From Camelus dromedarius (taxonomy: Eukaryota): a stretch of DNA of 64,000 nt. The DNA lies in NCBI RefSeq assembly GCF_036321535.1, contig NC_087436.1:60390001-60454000 (forward strand), in the 5' to 3' direction. Below, one piece after another: positions 39,201-54,200 of the stretch. The notes under the pieces are model-generated. The model was not told the DNA's origin. It searched no databases and was given only the letters and a program-made list of their open reading frames with translations. The translations under genes were made by a program, and so were the position numbers. How positions within the stretch are numbered: position 1 is the stretch's first letter; each line of letters starts with the position of its first letter.

Positions 39201-42200
39201 AATTTATTTTATTTCAATTCTTATTATATCTCTGAGAGAGAAGGGGTAGGAAGTGATCTAACGTGAGAAAATGTTTCTGGGAAAAAAACATAAAAGGGAA
39301 ATGAAACTGTAACATTTCAGATTAACAATCAATATAAGTAATGAATGGTACAAAATTGCAGGCTTTATATATACAAATGTAAATCATAAATACAATTTGG
39401 CCTTATTCTTATTCCTGTGACTTCAATTTTTAGCTAAAATTTATCGAATGGGTCTATGACATGAATGTATATTATCTTGTTTAATCCTCACATTAGTTCT
39501 ATGAGGAAAGTATTATTATTATCCTGATTTGCTGATGAGGAACCCAAGGGAAACAGAGATGGAATAATTTGCTGGAAGTCTCATGTCTAAAAGTGGTCGA
39601 GCTGGGATTTTAATCCACACTGTGTAACTTAGCCTCCCCTCTTATTTTCCAGACTTTGTCATGTATGACTATGTGGAGACAACAGTAGTCACTTTCATGG
39701 ATAAAACCTGATTACGTGGGGGAAATGCATTATAACAAACTGGGTTTTAGGAGACTGGGTTTTAGTTTCTGCTATAACTTGACAGGTAATTATGTGAAAT
39801 TATTCCTCAATTTTAAAATGAGCTATAAGACTCCTTTCCATCTCTGAAAGTAGGCTAATCATTTATCTGTGTTTATTTCCATAAATTATACCCAGCAAAT
39901 GACTCTGTGCAGTGAAATATCCTCTCTAGTCCAGCAGCTAAAGCTAAATAGAAAATAAGGTGGTTTGGGAAAGGACTCTTTAATCAGGGTGAACTCAAGC
40001 AGTTAGTTGCATTCTTGTTGGACTCCATGCTCCCTCTTTTGCAAACTGGATTGCTAGTGTATGTGGCTCAGATGTTTTTTAAAAAAAGGGAAAGTGACAA
40101 ACACTGTGCATGTACTGAAATAGTGACTAAATGGAAAGACCCATTCAAAGGTAGAGAAAGATAAGAATTGAGAATAAAAATACGTATTTCTAGTTTGTTT
40201 AAAGAGAAAAAGAGCTCACTGTGAATTCAGAAGGACTGTATGATAGGGGTTATTGTGCTTATATTTTCCTTACTAAGGAGTTAACAATGCATTCTTTGTA
40301 TTTCATGTCGACAAGGAAATTGTCACAAAGGGAGTAAATGCTGGAAGCAGAACTGGAGCTCAGTGCTCCCAGATCCCTAAGATGTGCTCAGCCTCAGGAC
40401 CATGAGCCTCAGCTATTCCTCAAGGGACTAAGGAACACCTTGATTTTATGTATCCTCACTGCGCGCTTTTCCAGACTGCCGATTTGTCCGATTCACTGCT
40501 TGAGTTATTTGTATGACAATTTGCATAACATTAGCCATCATGGCCTGAATGGCAATTATAGTTTTTATTGTAGGCTTCCCTGGAACACCCCCGGCTGAGC
40601 TATTGTGTGAATTCAGAGAATTTATCAATTACTCAGCCCCACATTTTAGGATAATTACATAATTTTAAAAAAGAACCTAAATAACACAAGTCATTAAAAT
40701 TGACACAAGAAGAAAGGCCTCACTTAGCTGCTCTCCCATGTATAATTGCAATTAGTATTTTGCCAAATTATGGACTTCTCTTTGACCTAGTAGGAAAGGG
40801 AAATTACCAATAAACCTTTAAAACTGTGTCATTTCATAAGGGATTAAAGGACAGAGTTGTTGGTCAGGTTGTAGAGTAAAAGTCATAGTAAGATAGTAAT
40901 AGTAAAAATAGAAACAAACATAAGTGGTAACATTCACTGAAGACTTACCAAGTACCAGACACCAGGCTAATCATATTCCTTTATTACCTCACATACTCTA
41001 AAAACATCCATAAGAGGCAAGTATTACTAGTTTCTGCATTTTGACTTATTTAATATCATACACTGAGTTTCAGGTGATGACCCCACCCTGACCCTACTAT
41101 ACCTACGTGTACCTGGGATGATTAACTTTCTCTATATATTCCAGTCCACACATTATGGTGCAAGCAGTGACTATTTTCAAGAAACATCACATACCTCTGA
41201 GGACAGGATCCACTGTTCCAGCCACAGGGCCCTCTCCCACTTGGGACGTAAGTGACGTGATTGTCCAGTATCACTGTGGGAGATAATCTGGTATGTACAT
41301 AAGCGCACCAGTTCCTGAGGAAGAGATCATTTCATTAGGAAAAAAATCATTGCCAAAAAGAATTATTTTCATCAAAATTATTTTCATAGACCTGTATCTA
41401 CTGCCAGAACTATATAGCAGATAACTTGAAAAATTGATATCTAGCTTTAAAATATCTAGAAATGAGAGAAAATATACTTGTTACTATATTACTGTACATT
41501 ATAAAGAAACAATATAAGATCAAAGTAAATTAAGAATAAATCAGTGCTAAAACCAGAATCTGTATTGTTTAGCTATAATGCTAAGTCAAAATCCAAGATT
41601 GCCCTTATGGCAAATAAAAATATTAGACTTAGATTAGAGACTCAGACCTAGATCCATTACTTCTTTTGAACAGTGTGCAGTAAGATGAAAGTTAATAAAT
41701 TAAATAAATAAATCAATATTGTAAGGATCAAAAAAAGAGGAAAAAGTAACTGTTATTACCAGCAGGTGATATGATTGTGAATAACAAAAATATAAAATAG
41801 TCTAGATGTGAGTGATTAAAATGAATAAGAGAGTCCAGCAATTTGGTTAAGATCAATATAAAACTTTTTACAATGAATAAAAAAGTTTAGCCATATGGTT
41901 AAGATCGGTTAGAGTTTGATGTACTAATAGCAAATTCAAAAAGATACTATTTCCAATAGCAAAAATAACATTTCTCTTGTTAAATCTGAAACAGCACCTA
42001 AAACATTGACCAGCTTAAACAGGTTCTGCCTCCTTAAATAGGTTGTTGATTAATCAAACCTGGAGTTATTTTTCAGAGACGGCACTGGGCGTGTATGCAA
42101 GACAAGGACCATGTCTCCAGGATAATGCCAGAACCCAGAATCTTCAGTCTGTGGAACTCGAAGAATAAAAATGTTGCCACCAGAGCCCTTTACAAAGCAA

Positions 42201-45200
42201 GAAGCCCTTAACAAGGAAAATCTGGCTACCTGCAGCATGAGTAGCTTATATGGACTAATTCAAGACTAGCCAATCAACTTCCAAGTTTGAAATTTCCCTA
42301 ATCCCCTAAATTTTGCCCTGAGACCTGGATTGAGGAGACAGATTTGAGAGCCTTGTCTCTTGCCTCCTTGTCAGTTGAACTTGGAATAGAACTCTTTATT
42401 TTCTCAAAAGCTGGTGCCAGCATCTTCTGCGCACACTGGGTCATGAGCCCTTGTTCAGTAACGGTTTTGGGGGACCAGAAAGGGACTGGGGTCTTGTGAT
42501 TGCTTGCTAAAGGCACTTGCCACCAAACCTTAGTGATCACCTAAACGGAATTTGTCTGGAGAGTTGGCTGTCCCCACTGCTGCGGTCCTGGATCAGATGT
42601 CTTTGGGGTGAGTACCTTGTTAAAATGTGCCTGTGCTAAATTGTCTAATAATCTTGTCAGGACTCTGGATTAGAGGCCCAACACGGGGAGATTTTCACTG
42701 GGTTAGAGCCCAAGGGAGATGATATAAAAGTTACAACTGCTGAGGTACTCAAGGAATTGGGTTTGAGTCTCAAACCCTTGGTTAGACTCCCAGGACTTTG
42801 GATTTCTTGGTTCGGGTTTGTCTGCCTACTTTGTTAGGATTGATTAATAGGAGTTGGCTCTTGGATAACTGTTTCAAAACTTGATTAAACCTGATATTAA
42901 TGAGGGTCCTCTGATTCAAGAGATAGAAGATATTGTTCCTTGACTATAAATTGCCTTATGGTTGTTTGGAGGGGGGTTCACAGCTGTGCCTAATATGATT
43001 GCCTGGCGGTATTGATACAGGTGTGTATTCTTAGTGGAACTAGCCCTGATTACCTTGTTGGGCGAGAAGGTAAAGGTGAAATGAGAAAGTGTAAGGCAGG
43101 GAAACTCTACCCCCGAAGACTGTGGCTGAGTTAGAGGAATTTCAACCTAGGACATCTCCTTGGTGTTCATTTTGCTCTAAGTCACCTCGAGAGAAAAAAC
43201 TTTCCCCAAATGGGGAATGTTAACAGTATATTTGCTAATTTAATAGGAAGGGAAATAAAGGAAGAAAAATGTGATCACACCAGTGAGTCTAAGGTAGAGA
43301 ATAAGCATGTTAAAAATAAACAGGAAATTTAAGGAGTAAAATTAGTGAAATGGGAGCTAAGAGAAATCACCTATTTCCAGATGGGTGACCAGCATGGATT
43401 AAAAAGCCTTAGAGTGATTTAATAAAAGGCAGAGATTAAAGAGAAACAAAACAGGTGAGGGTGACGTTATTAGACAAACAGGTATTTAAGGAAGGTTGAG
43501 ATTGTTTAGGCAGTTATCAGGGCAAACAGAAATTTTATACCATTACTTGCAGTTTAAATAAATACACTAGTCAAATTTGGCCTCCATTTAGTCAACTGTA
43601 AAACAAAGCAAAAACTCTTCCAAAACCCAAACAAAACTTGCTAAAAAAAATTTTAGTGGAGTTGCTGAAAACAGCTCTTACATGTTAAATACATCCAGAG
43701 ATTGGCCTGAGGAAGCTGAAGGATCTTGAAAATGGAGATAATGTGTCTAATGTAGATAACACTTAAGAATCATCTGGATTTAGAACTCTATCAGGAAGTT
43801 TGTGCTTTGTTCTGTTAGTACCTGTCCTTTCTGATAACAATATGGTTTATTGTGCTTTTATTCTCTAGACATTAGTATATTATTATGTTCTTGGTGTTCT
43901 ATATAACTACTGTATATGGTGTACTGGAGTTATGAAAAAGAAAATTATTTCCTTTTGTTCACACTGCCTGGCCCCAATATCAACTAGAGTTTGGGGAAGG
44001 ATGGCCCGAGAATGAGTCTTTCAGTTATATTATTTTACAGTTAGACTTGTTCTGCTAAAGAGAGGAGAAATAGGAGGAAATCATCAGATCCCTGTTTTAT
44101 GCAAGGAAAGAGTCCTTTATACAATTGGACACATTTTGGTTTTTCCTCACTGAGAATTTTAACATTCTTCTGTATGAGCCCACCATTAACGTTAAACTGC
44201 TTTTAAGCTTTATATATCTGTTAAAAGGGAAAGTCTGCCAGGAGGAGCAAACATCGATGGTTGTGCTAAATACTGTGGGCTATATGGAGGCCTCGGACTG
44301 AACCTATTTGACCTGGAAATTGCCCAGATTTCTAGATTAGCTTATTTGTGATTTCTGCTGGGGAGATAAAATGTTTTGGTCATTGACCGGATTAAACTCC
44401 CACATGCTCAGAAAGAAGTGAGGGCTTGGTTATTTCAGCCTGTCTCCTCTCTCAAAGTCAGCTTTGACTGCATCTAAGGCAGCCTCCTCACTTCACTTTC
44501 TTCAGGGTGATACAGTCGCCTCTTCCACCCACCTCCTTATTGGGGTAAGTTTCTCAAGGTGGCGAGTGAGACACAGCCTGGACATTCCAAGGCCCCTCTG
44601 CAACAGGCAAGCCCACCTTCAGCACATCAGGGAAAACTATTAGGATCCTCTGACCAAACTGGTTACAGTCTTGGAGCTGCTTGGACAGATTCCTGGGCAT
44701 CTGGGTAGCGTGCATTTGGTCTATAGGCCTGATGATTGCCTCTAATGGAAAGCTTTTTGGTGTGCCCTAAGTGAACCCTCAAATCCCAGCTGGTTATCTT
44801 TGAGACTGTTCATTCTCCTCAGTGGCTTCTCCAGGAACTCTCAGAGCCAAGTGGTAGACAGTCACTACTGCACTGGCTTCTTCTTTCCAGAAACCATAAC
44901 TAGGAGATGGAACTGGTCCTTAAATCCTAAGGGTCTTGCTTTCTGTCTCACGCCTCTGGAGGCTGTTTGATTTCTCTCTGTTTTTTTGAGGAGAGTGAGG
45001 GAATGCTATTTGCTAGAGATTGGCGTCCACAGACTGTTCTCAGATCTTGGGTTTGAAACCTGGGGTAGTGACCAAGCCTTTGACTTGGGGATCTCTCTCT
45101 CTCAACCTCCATTGTCAGAGCAGCTGGCTAACCTCTCAAAGCCAGCAGTAAGGGGGAGAGTAGCTGAGGGGGCAAGCCCCTCGTGTACCCAGGTACTTCT

Positions 45201-48200
45201 ACGAAGGAACAAAGTGTGCTCTGAGCCCCAGATTAGTGCTTTCCTTCAGCTCCCCTGAACTGGTGGGTCTTCCAGGTGCAGCCAACACTGCTGCATCACA
45301 CAAACCTGGAGTTTCTGGTAAAACTATTGGCTGATGTTGGGCCCAGTCCGTGAAGGCTGGGAACAGCAGTTTTTCCAGGCTTTTCTGTGTTTTTGCTGGC
45401 CGAGAAGTAAACTATGTTGAGCACTACTATGAAGGAAATGCAGTCAGCTGAGCACAGGGCTCAGACTTGACTAAGTGTTTGTTTTTCTTAAGAGAATAGA
45501 CCCTCAGACTGAAAACTCAGGGCTGTCCTACCATCCGTGTTGCCTCGTGCAATGGTTCTCAACTTTCCTCAGACCAAGAGTAGGCAGGTACAAGTAGTGG
45601 GCTGACAATGTTTGACCTCGACTGGTTTTCCTGTTATTTTGTACACTTCTTTGCAGCAAAACCAAACTGGGTTTTTATGTCAGAATAAGAATTTTATGTC
45701 AGAATAAGGAGAGACATAAAATTGTGGTTCAAAGGGAAAACCCTCAGAAAAAGCTCATCTTGCCTGAGTCAGCACCTACTGATGATCTCGACCCGTCCTC
45801 TGGAGTCTCCAGAGGTCCTGCTGTGTGAAGGGGGAATCCCTGCGAGTAGTGCTGACTGTAGTTTACTTGCTAGTACACACTTGTTGTATCAGTACATAGT
45901 TTTTTCTGATCCCCATGTCTTCTCAATTAGAGCATATTGATCGATGACTTTTCTTGAGGCAGTTTCTAAAAAACTTTGTTTATATCCACCCATGTATGCT
46001 TAGTCTCCTCCACATGTAAGATAGTACAGGAATATGAATTGACTGTGTTCCAGTGAAGCTGAGAAATTTTAACACCATCAAAGTAAGTCATTTGCCACAA
46101 AAAAAAAAGTCATGATCAGACAAATATAGCCTTTATTAAAGTACTTATGTTTGGATGGCATCCTGGTAGAAACCATCCAAAATGATAAAGATATTTAAAG
46201 ATATTCCATATCTCAAGAAATCTTACATTGAAAATAAACATTAATGCTGCGAATGGAGTTGTAGGGAATGGAGAGAGAATTAAATGTTACTATGAAGTAA
46301 GTGAAGACAGAAAATATTAATTATGTGCAAATGCATAAAAATAAGTTATTACACAAATCATATAAGAAAGAAAATTATCTGACTCTAATGGGTGAAACCT
46401 AGTTGCTAGAGCTGGAAATCTGGAAAATGTTTTTATGTGCTTGGAGTATGTGTAATAAATTACATCTCTAATTTGTGAAAGTAGACATTAGAATGGATAG
46501 GTACTATTTAGGAAAAGAAGAAGATCAGCCTCATTTTTGATTGCAATACCAAAAGATCTCATACCAAACTATAGAAAGTTCTTAGTAACTGTAGGTTAAC
46601 TGAATGATTGGATTATATATGATTTTTTTTTCTCCTTACTTTTCTATTTCTATTATTTTCCCTATTGTGAATATGTATTTTGTTACATTTAATTTATATT
46701 CTTCCCTCTCATTTGTGATTGAGGTTTTTTATTGGGGGTGGGGCAAGAATGATTTACAGAATTTAATATTAAAGGAAATGTTATATAACTGTAAAATCAA
46801 ATCACTGCAAATTCAAATCAGTATGAAATGAATGCCTCTAAATCAGTATGGATGTAGAAATCTATGCTGCTTAAAATAATAATTATTTTGATTATAATTA
46901 AAACAATGCAGAAATCATCCTAAATATTAAAGACCAAAGAGGGCACACATTTTCCCCCAGAGTAGAGCCAATGAAGTTAGTAAACATTTTCTTTGGAATA
47001 TTTAAGCTTCTTAGGATCAAATGGTCTTTGACAAACAAAGTTGACTCAGTGATTTCATCTGTCTAGGGCAGATACATTGGGCTTATTGTGCAAAGTTCTT
47101 TTGAATGAGAAATCGGAAAATTCAGTTCCATAAAGACATAAAAAGACACTGGCACATTTTATTCAAGCATGGTGATACTTGCAAAAATAATGTGGAACAA
47201 AGAACTGATAAAAACAAAAAATAAAAGAATTAAAGTTGAGAGGACCAAAATAAAGGGATATTAAAAAAATTAATTCATGCAAATCCACTGATTATCCTAT
47301 TACAGTGAATGAGTAACTTCAGCAGAAGTGCCAACAAATTGTCTGTCACGTGAGCATTGGTGGAATGACTATGGAGGGTGGATATGAGGCAGGAAGAAGG
47401 AAAGTACCACTGACCCTATGTATCCTGGGTTTTGGGAAAAAAAAAAAAAAGATGATGGATAGACAAATACTGTTTGTGAGAATAGATCACAGTTCACCTG
47501 CAGAGGTTGTTTAAAATCCTAAATAGTAAAACCATCACATGACGGAAATAGTTGAGAGGCAAAAATGCAGGTCAGCAGATTGCTGGTGTCCCAGCCATCT
47601 TTGATCCAGTGTAAATTGGAAGAACTGTCCACAGTCAAAGAGCTCCTGGTGTGACTCATAATTAGGTTTATGCTCTCGATGAAATAAGCTCATTAAGGGA
47701 TGTTAAAAATGTAAATACAATTTTAAAGCCAAATAATCTGAAAATATAAGTTTAAAAACAGAAAACTCAGCATGATGAACTGGTGACAGGCAGTATAAAA
47801 GCAAATGTGATGATCCCAGACAAGCATTTTGCTTAAATCTAGAAATCCTTTGTACCTTTCCAGACTGATTACAGCAGACAGAGAGCAGTTTCTTTGAAGT
47901 GTCTAGCTTTCCGTGGGGTCCTAACCCTCCAAACAGCAGGCTGCATTTGGGATTCTCTTTCAGGGTAATAACACTGTTGCTTTTGTGCAGTAACATGTAC
48001 TGAAAAAAGCTTGTATTGATTCTTGGGATTTTCCAAGTTAATAGGTAAAAGTTTGTTCTAGGAAAAAGCAGACGTCTTTGGTTATTTATGAACACGAGCC
48101 TTACTTGCAGAACTTACAGAATAAGAGGTAGAAAAGGATTCTATTTTGACTTACACAACTTGAAGACTTGTGGATAATGAACTTAGAGAAGCATTGTAAA

Positions 48201-51200
48201 CAATCTACTGTACTTTTGATTGAAACATTTTAGAAATCCAGTCTTCTAGGAATCCAATGAAAACACTAAATAATAACAGAAATTCCATTAATTGGTCATT
48301 TGCCATTTGAAGTGTACCCTGACCAAAAATTATATCCATTTTTATCCTGAATTGAGAGTGGATTGAAGCAACAAAGGATTCAATTAAATCATGACCATGA
48401 CAAATATTTTCCTTAGGAAATAAGACAGCAATCTAAGAATTAGCATTATTTATTTATACTAGTCTTTAGAACTCAGATTAATAAATTGCTTGTCATTTTC
48501 TTCATAGAAGATTGAATTTATATTGATAACCTGTGACTTGAATTGACACAAGAGCATGAAAATACCAAGTCTTGAGAATATTCGCTAGAAATCAAGGTAA
48601 ACTAGCAGATTTGCCACCATGAATTAGCTACTGGTATGTAATTTTCTCTCGGATGTTGAAGATTAGGTGCTTGGGGAGATTATGTTTTTAGGGACCTCTA
48701 TGACTTTGTTTCCTGTCATGCCCTTATTGAGATGAACTTAGGGTTTCAGTGAGGAGCAAAAGGAAAATGATACGAAACAAGGTAGGCAAGGCTACTTGTG
48801 AAAGGATTATCTGGTGACTCTCCCTTCAAATTCCCACAGTTCCCTAACATCCACGTGTGCCTCCCCCATTTAAGAAAATGTACGAACTCAAATAATCATT
48901 TCTTTACCTTGTACCTAAAGGTGACTACAAATTACAAATGACAACAATATATATGTGTGTGTGTGTGTGTCAATTCATAAATGCCTGAGGGAAAGGACTA
49001 AGTTTCTCTGTGGGATTTTATTAGACAGAAAAATATTAATTAATCTTTTAAAGGAGAATAATTCATTCATGTTGTCACTAATTTATCTTATGAGGACCAC
49101 TATTGTTTTAATTATAAGTCTACTGTTGCATGGAAATATATCCCAACAGAAACCTATCTGAGCTAAGTTTGACATTACTAACAGTAAAATTATCAAATTA
49201 CAGGATAGTACATCATCGCACACTAACCCCTTCAATTGCATAGCAGTCAAATCCCTACCAAATTCAATGACGATAACTGGGATAAATGTATTCTAAATAT
49301 ATCAAAGGTAGTCATGTATTTTAATGACAATAACTTTTGTAAATCTAACCTGCTGTTTTCTTTCTCAAGTCTATAACCAGCCCAACATATGTGACCAGTT
49401 ATTATCTGTATCTTTTTTAAAAAATAAATTAGTAAAAAGTAATTTGTTATAAGAGGAAATAATTTTCTAAAGGCAAGATTATATCCTAACAAACCTAATT
49501 TTGTTGATGTCAATAATTGGAGAGAAAAACATTCAAATAAAGTCTCATTTGGTCCAGTAGTTCAATTACTAAGTCCTTGAGGATAAAGAAGTGTTCTGGG
49601 TTTGTAAGAAGAGAACAGCTTTCAGAGATCAGCAGTCAGAGGAAATGTTCTCCCCAGCACACTGTCCTTGTACAAAAGCATCAGTAAAATACCATAGACA
49701 ACAACAGCCAAAAGGTGAAAACAATCCAAGTGTCCACTGACAGATGAATAAATACACAAAATGTGATTTCTGTCTGTCTACTTACCTACCTACTTGCTTA
49801 TCTACCTATGATGGAATGTTCTTCAGCCTTAAAAAGGAAGAGAATTCTGTCACATGCTACAATATGGATGAATGAATTTTGAGACATTATGCTAAATGAA
49901 GTCAGTCAGTCATGGAAGGACAAATACTATATAATTCCACTTATATGAGGTACCTAGCATAGTCAAATTCATAGAGACAGAAATTAGAATTGTGGTTGCC
50001 AGGGCCTGGAGAGAGGGCAGGAGGAACAGGGAGTTCTCATTTAATGGGTACAGAGTTTCATTTTGAGAAGATGAAAAAATTCTGGAAATGAATGTTGGTG
50101 ATGGCTGCAAAACAGCATAAATATACTTAATGCCACAGAACTACACACTTAACACAAAATTTACCATTTTTATGATTTTTATGTCCATTTTACCACAATA
50201 AAAATAAATCCATTCATTCTGAAGAAAATTACCATGGGAAGCTCTACATCATTTTGCATGCCTCTTGCCAAAATCAGAGGTAGCTGATGAAGAAGAGGAA
50301 GAAATAAATGCAGGACAAAATGAAAAGATAGACAAAGGAGAGCAGTAAAGGGACAGAGAGAGAGAAGAGAGAAGGGAAATGAGGGGTTCCTCCCAGCTGC
50401 GTAGCCATCACAGATACATGCTCTCTCCGCCCTAAGTCAGATTTAGAAGGTCATTTCTGAGGACGACAGGTTGCCCACTGAACGAGATTTTCATTCTCTT
50501 CTGTTACTCCATACACGGGGCCATATGAAGAAGGGTGTGCCTTTCTGTGTCTGGAGCTTTTCTTTCTTTCTTTTTTTTTTTTTTTTTTGTTCCTACTGTT
50601 GAATTACACGAAAGGAGAGGAGCAGGAGTGGGGATACCCGCATAAGCGAAACAAAATAATAAAGAAAAATTTTCGCAGAATAGAGAGGCCTGGAACATAG
50701 TTGTTGACTTGGTGCTGGAGCCAGACTTCCTGCTTTTACACCTTGACTCCACAACTTATTAGCCATTAGCTTGTTCATTAAATGTAGCTTCCTCATCTAT
50801 ACACTAAATGCAATAATATTACCTACCTCACGGGATTGTTGTGAGATTAAATGACTTAATATAACATATATAAAACACTTGCTGCTGCTGATAATGATTA
50901 CATAATTCAGAGAGTTCAGTAGGATTTTTTGTGAAGGGGAATAGATATCCATACATATACATGTATTTAAATATCTCCGTTTTTCTTTTTTTTGCTTCAT
51001 ACACAAGTAGAGACGGTTCCTTTCTTGCTTCTTTAATGACCTGATAAATTTATCTTAACCATAATTGCTTATTTATATCAGGTCAATAATAATTTCCAGA
51101 AAACCATTAAAGAACACTATCACTGTATAAATGATAATAAATGAGCTTAGCTCTCAGAAGGAATATATTCAAGATGTCTCTATAGTCTTAAGCAGTTACA

Positions 51201-54200
51201 AACATAAAGCCTCCCCAAATGTTATGTAATCTCTATTTTATAAGAATATTTATTTTTTTAAACCAAACTAAGAAGAAATTAGTAATTTGAGAGAGACTAG
51301 GATTTACATGTAGTTCACCAGTCATGAATGAGAAAGCAGCCCAAAGGAAATACACACAATATGAAAGAAGAAATAATAGAAATTAGAAGTAAAGATTTAA
51401 ATTTAGTACAAAAAATTTTAACGTGTAAAGCACATACAAATAAAGCATTAGACTTTTATATTCAGTTTTGTATTATTCCAAAAAAAGTCTGTCTCGATAC
51501 TAATCTCATTAAGAAAATGACTATTTTCAAATTAAAAAATTGTAGTTAATTTCATTTTAGTGTAAATACCTCTATATAGTCCATCCTCTTTCAAAATTGT
51601 GTATAGTATTTAAACTGGATAAAAGTATGAGTTTTATAGAAGAATCATGTAAATAAATATTTGAAACAAATTTTGAGAGGCAATCATGAAAAGCTCAGAT
51701 CATGGGGAACTTCTGACACTTTTCTGGTTATTTAAGGTTTTAAGAACAAACCCCTTTTATATATCAACTTTTGCAATAAAAAGTTTTTGTCAGGCATTAC
51801 TGATTTGCCTTCCACAGTGGGCACAGTAGGGTGAATGTCACTGAGTTTTTTGATGACAGGTGCTGTACAGTGCCTCAGGGTCACAAGTTACTGTGTACAG
51901 ACAATATTCTCAGTGTAAAATTTTAGGAGAATGAGCTGAATGTGTCCCCATCCTAGGATATGCATGGGGTTTGCTTTTGGGATCCAATCTATTTTCCAAG
52001 TTTTAAAGCCAATAATAGCACGTTTCAAGTGGTATATTGAATTAGATACGTATAACATGCATTACACATGTAACAGCAGCAATTCTTAAAGTTATTTTAA
52101 AACAATTTTTTTCATAAATTTGTTTTATTTTACCTAATTTAATTTTTGAAAATTTTTTATTTTTTTCTGTTTCCTTTCTCCACACTGTGACTTCATCATA
52201 TTCACGGACATTGTAAACTGTTTCTATTCCAGTAGGTGTCAGACTTTCCCAGCGTGCAGACCACAGAGCCTCTGGAAAGGCAGGCTAATAGATGCTGTGA
52301 TGTGTAATTCTTCACTTAAATCACTTGTTCTTGGATACTGACTCTTAACGTTTCCCCCAAATAATACATTTTAAATTAACATTTTCATATTTAAATAAAT
52401 ATCAGGTGTAGAAATATAAACATTTGTCATTTAATGACCTGCACTATATAAGCACTTGTTAAATTCCAGTATGTATAATATAGTATGTATAATATAGTAT
52501 GTATTTATATGTTCAGCAATTTAGTGAGTAGAAATATCAAAGAAATAGAAGGAAATTATTAATGAAAAAATTCAGATACAGAATATACTTTATTTAGTGT
52601 TTTTACGGGCAGTAATGTAGTAGATGCATTTATTTCTCAGGGACATAAAAAATACTCTTTAATATAATAATGTGTTTTAGAATTTTACAGCATGTGAGAA
52701 TAATCCCTTTGGATGTTATTAGGTCTTGATAAGAACTTTGCAAACTACACATGATATAGGCTGAATGTTTGTGCCCTTGCCCAAAAGTTCCTATGTTGAC
52801 ATCCAAATAACCATTATAATAGTATTGAGAGAGGGGGTCTTTGGGTAGTGCGCTCATGAAAGGATTAGTACCCTTACAAAAGATGCCCTAGAGAGAACCC
52901 CTCCCCTCTCCCCCCATGTGGGGATACAATGTGAAGCCAGGAACCTGAAAAAGGGCTTCACTGACCATGCTGGCAGCCTGCTCCTGGGCTTCCAGCTTCT
53001 GGAACTGTGAGAAATAAATTTCTGTTGTCTATAAGGTGTCCAGTCTGTCATTTTGCTATAACAACCTGAATGGACTAAGATAGCATGAGTTTAATTGACC
53101 AGATTTTTTACATCTAAAACCTACTCACAATTCACAGAAATAAGCAGGAAAAAATGCATATTATAATAGGCCACTGAATTAATTCAATGGTTTGTTTTTG
53201 TAATTTTAAACCATTAAATTTTAAAATTATAGTATTTACAGTTTCTATTTACAAGTGGTCTAATAAAAGACTTTGGTCCAATAAAAGAATTATAGTAGAA
53301 CTTGTCATTTTAGACATTATATTAGAAATCATAATTCATTTAATTCAAGCCTCCTATTTGTTCATAAAGCAAGTATGTAGATGATAGAAAGAACAAATGA
53401 AATTCTAAAAGAAATCAAGTCATTAAACTCAGCAAATAAAATATTCATCTTGTTTCATATTCAACTTTTATTTCCCTTCTGACCCCTTTCATTAACATTT
53501 TATCATATTTATGACCATTCTGTATACAAACTAAAATACAACAAAAAGTGAGAAACTCTCTGGTCTAGCCCTGATGTGTGCTCTCTCTCCCCTCCCTTTT
53601 TAAAAAAAACAAAACAACAACAGCAAAAAACCCTCTTCAACTGAGCATCCATACTTCTATAGAGACCATATCTCCCAAATTTGTCTCTCTAGCCTTGATC
53701 TCTGTTTTGAACTCCAGATCCATCCAATAATCAGTCACTTATTGACATAAGTATTCCTTTTACTTAGAATCACTATAAAAATGCCAAGAGTAGTAGGGGA
53801 AAAAACTCCCAAAACCTAAGGTGAGTTTATCCCAAATCAACCAGGTTTTATCATAAAGAAACAAGAATTTTTCTTCGAGGAGGATTCTTCTTTGTATTTG
53901 CATATTGGTCCATAGATTTTACATTCAGTTTGTTAAATATCATGTACCCACTGTAAGCCTAAGGCTTTACTAGCACTGAAAATGTGTCCCTGTACATAAG
54001 GAAATCACAAGTTCTCTATCATTACAGTGCACTGTTGTAAGTGTGCTGATAGACAGATTCAAAGAGAGCTATGTGAACAGTTAGTGGGGCCACCTAAGTT
54101 AGCCTGAGAAGGCGTCCTGGAAGTATTATTAGGTGTAAAAGAAGCAGGTGATGGGAAAGGAAGACCATGCCCACCAGGGGGACAAACAAGGAACAAAGAT

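Noticed and set aside
47703..48095. 130-aa minus-strand ORF in intron 1 as an alternative exon
   Set aside because: No similarity to anything I recognise and no convincing splice-site pair.
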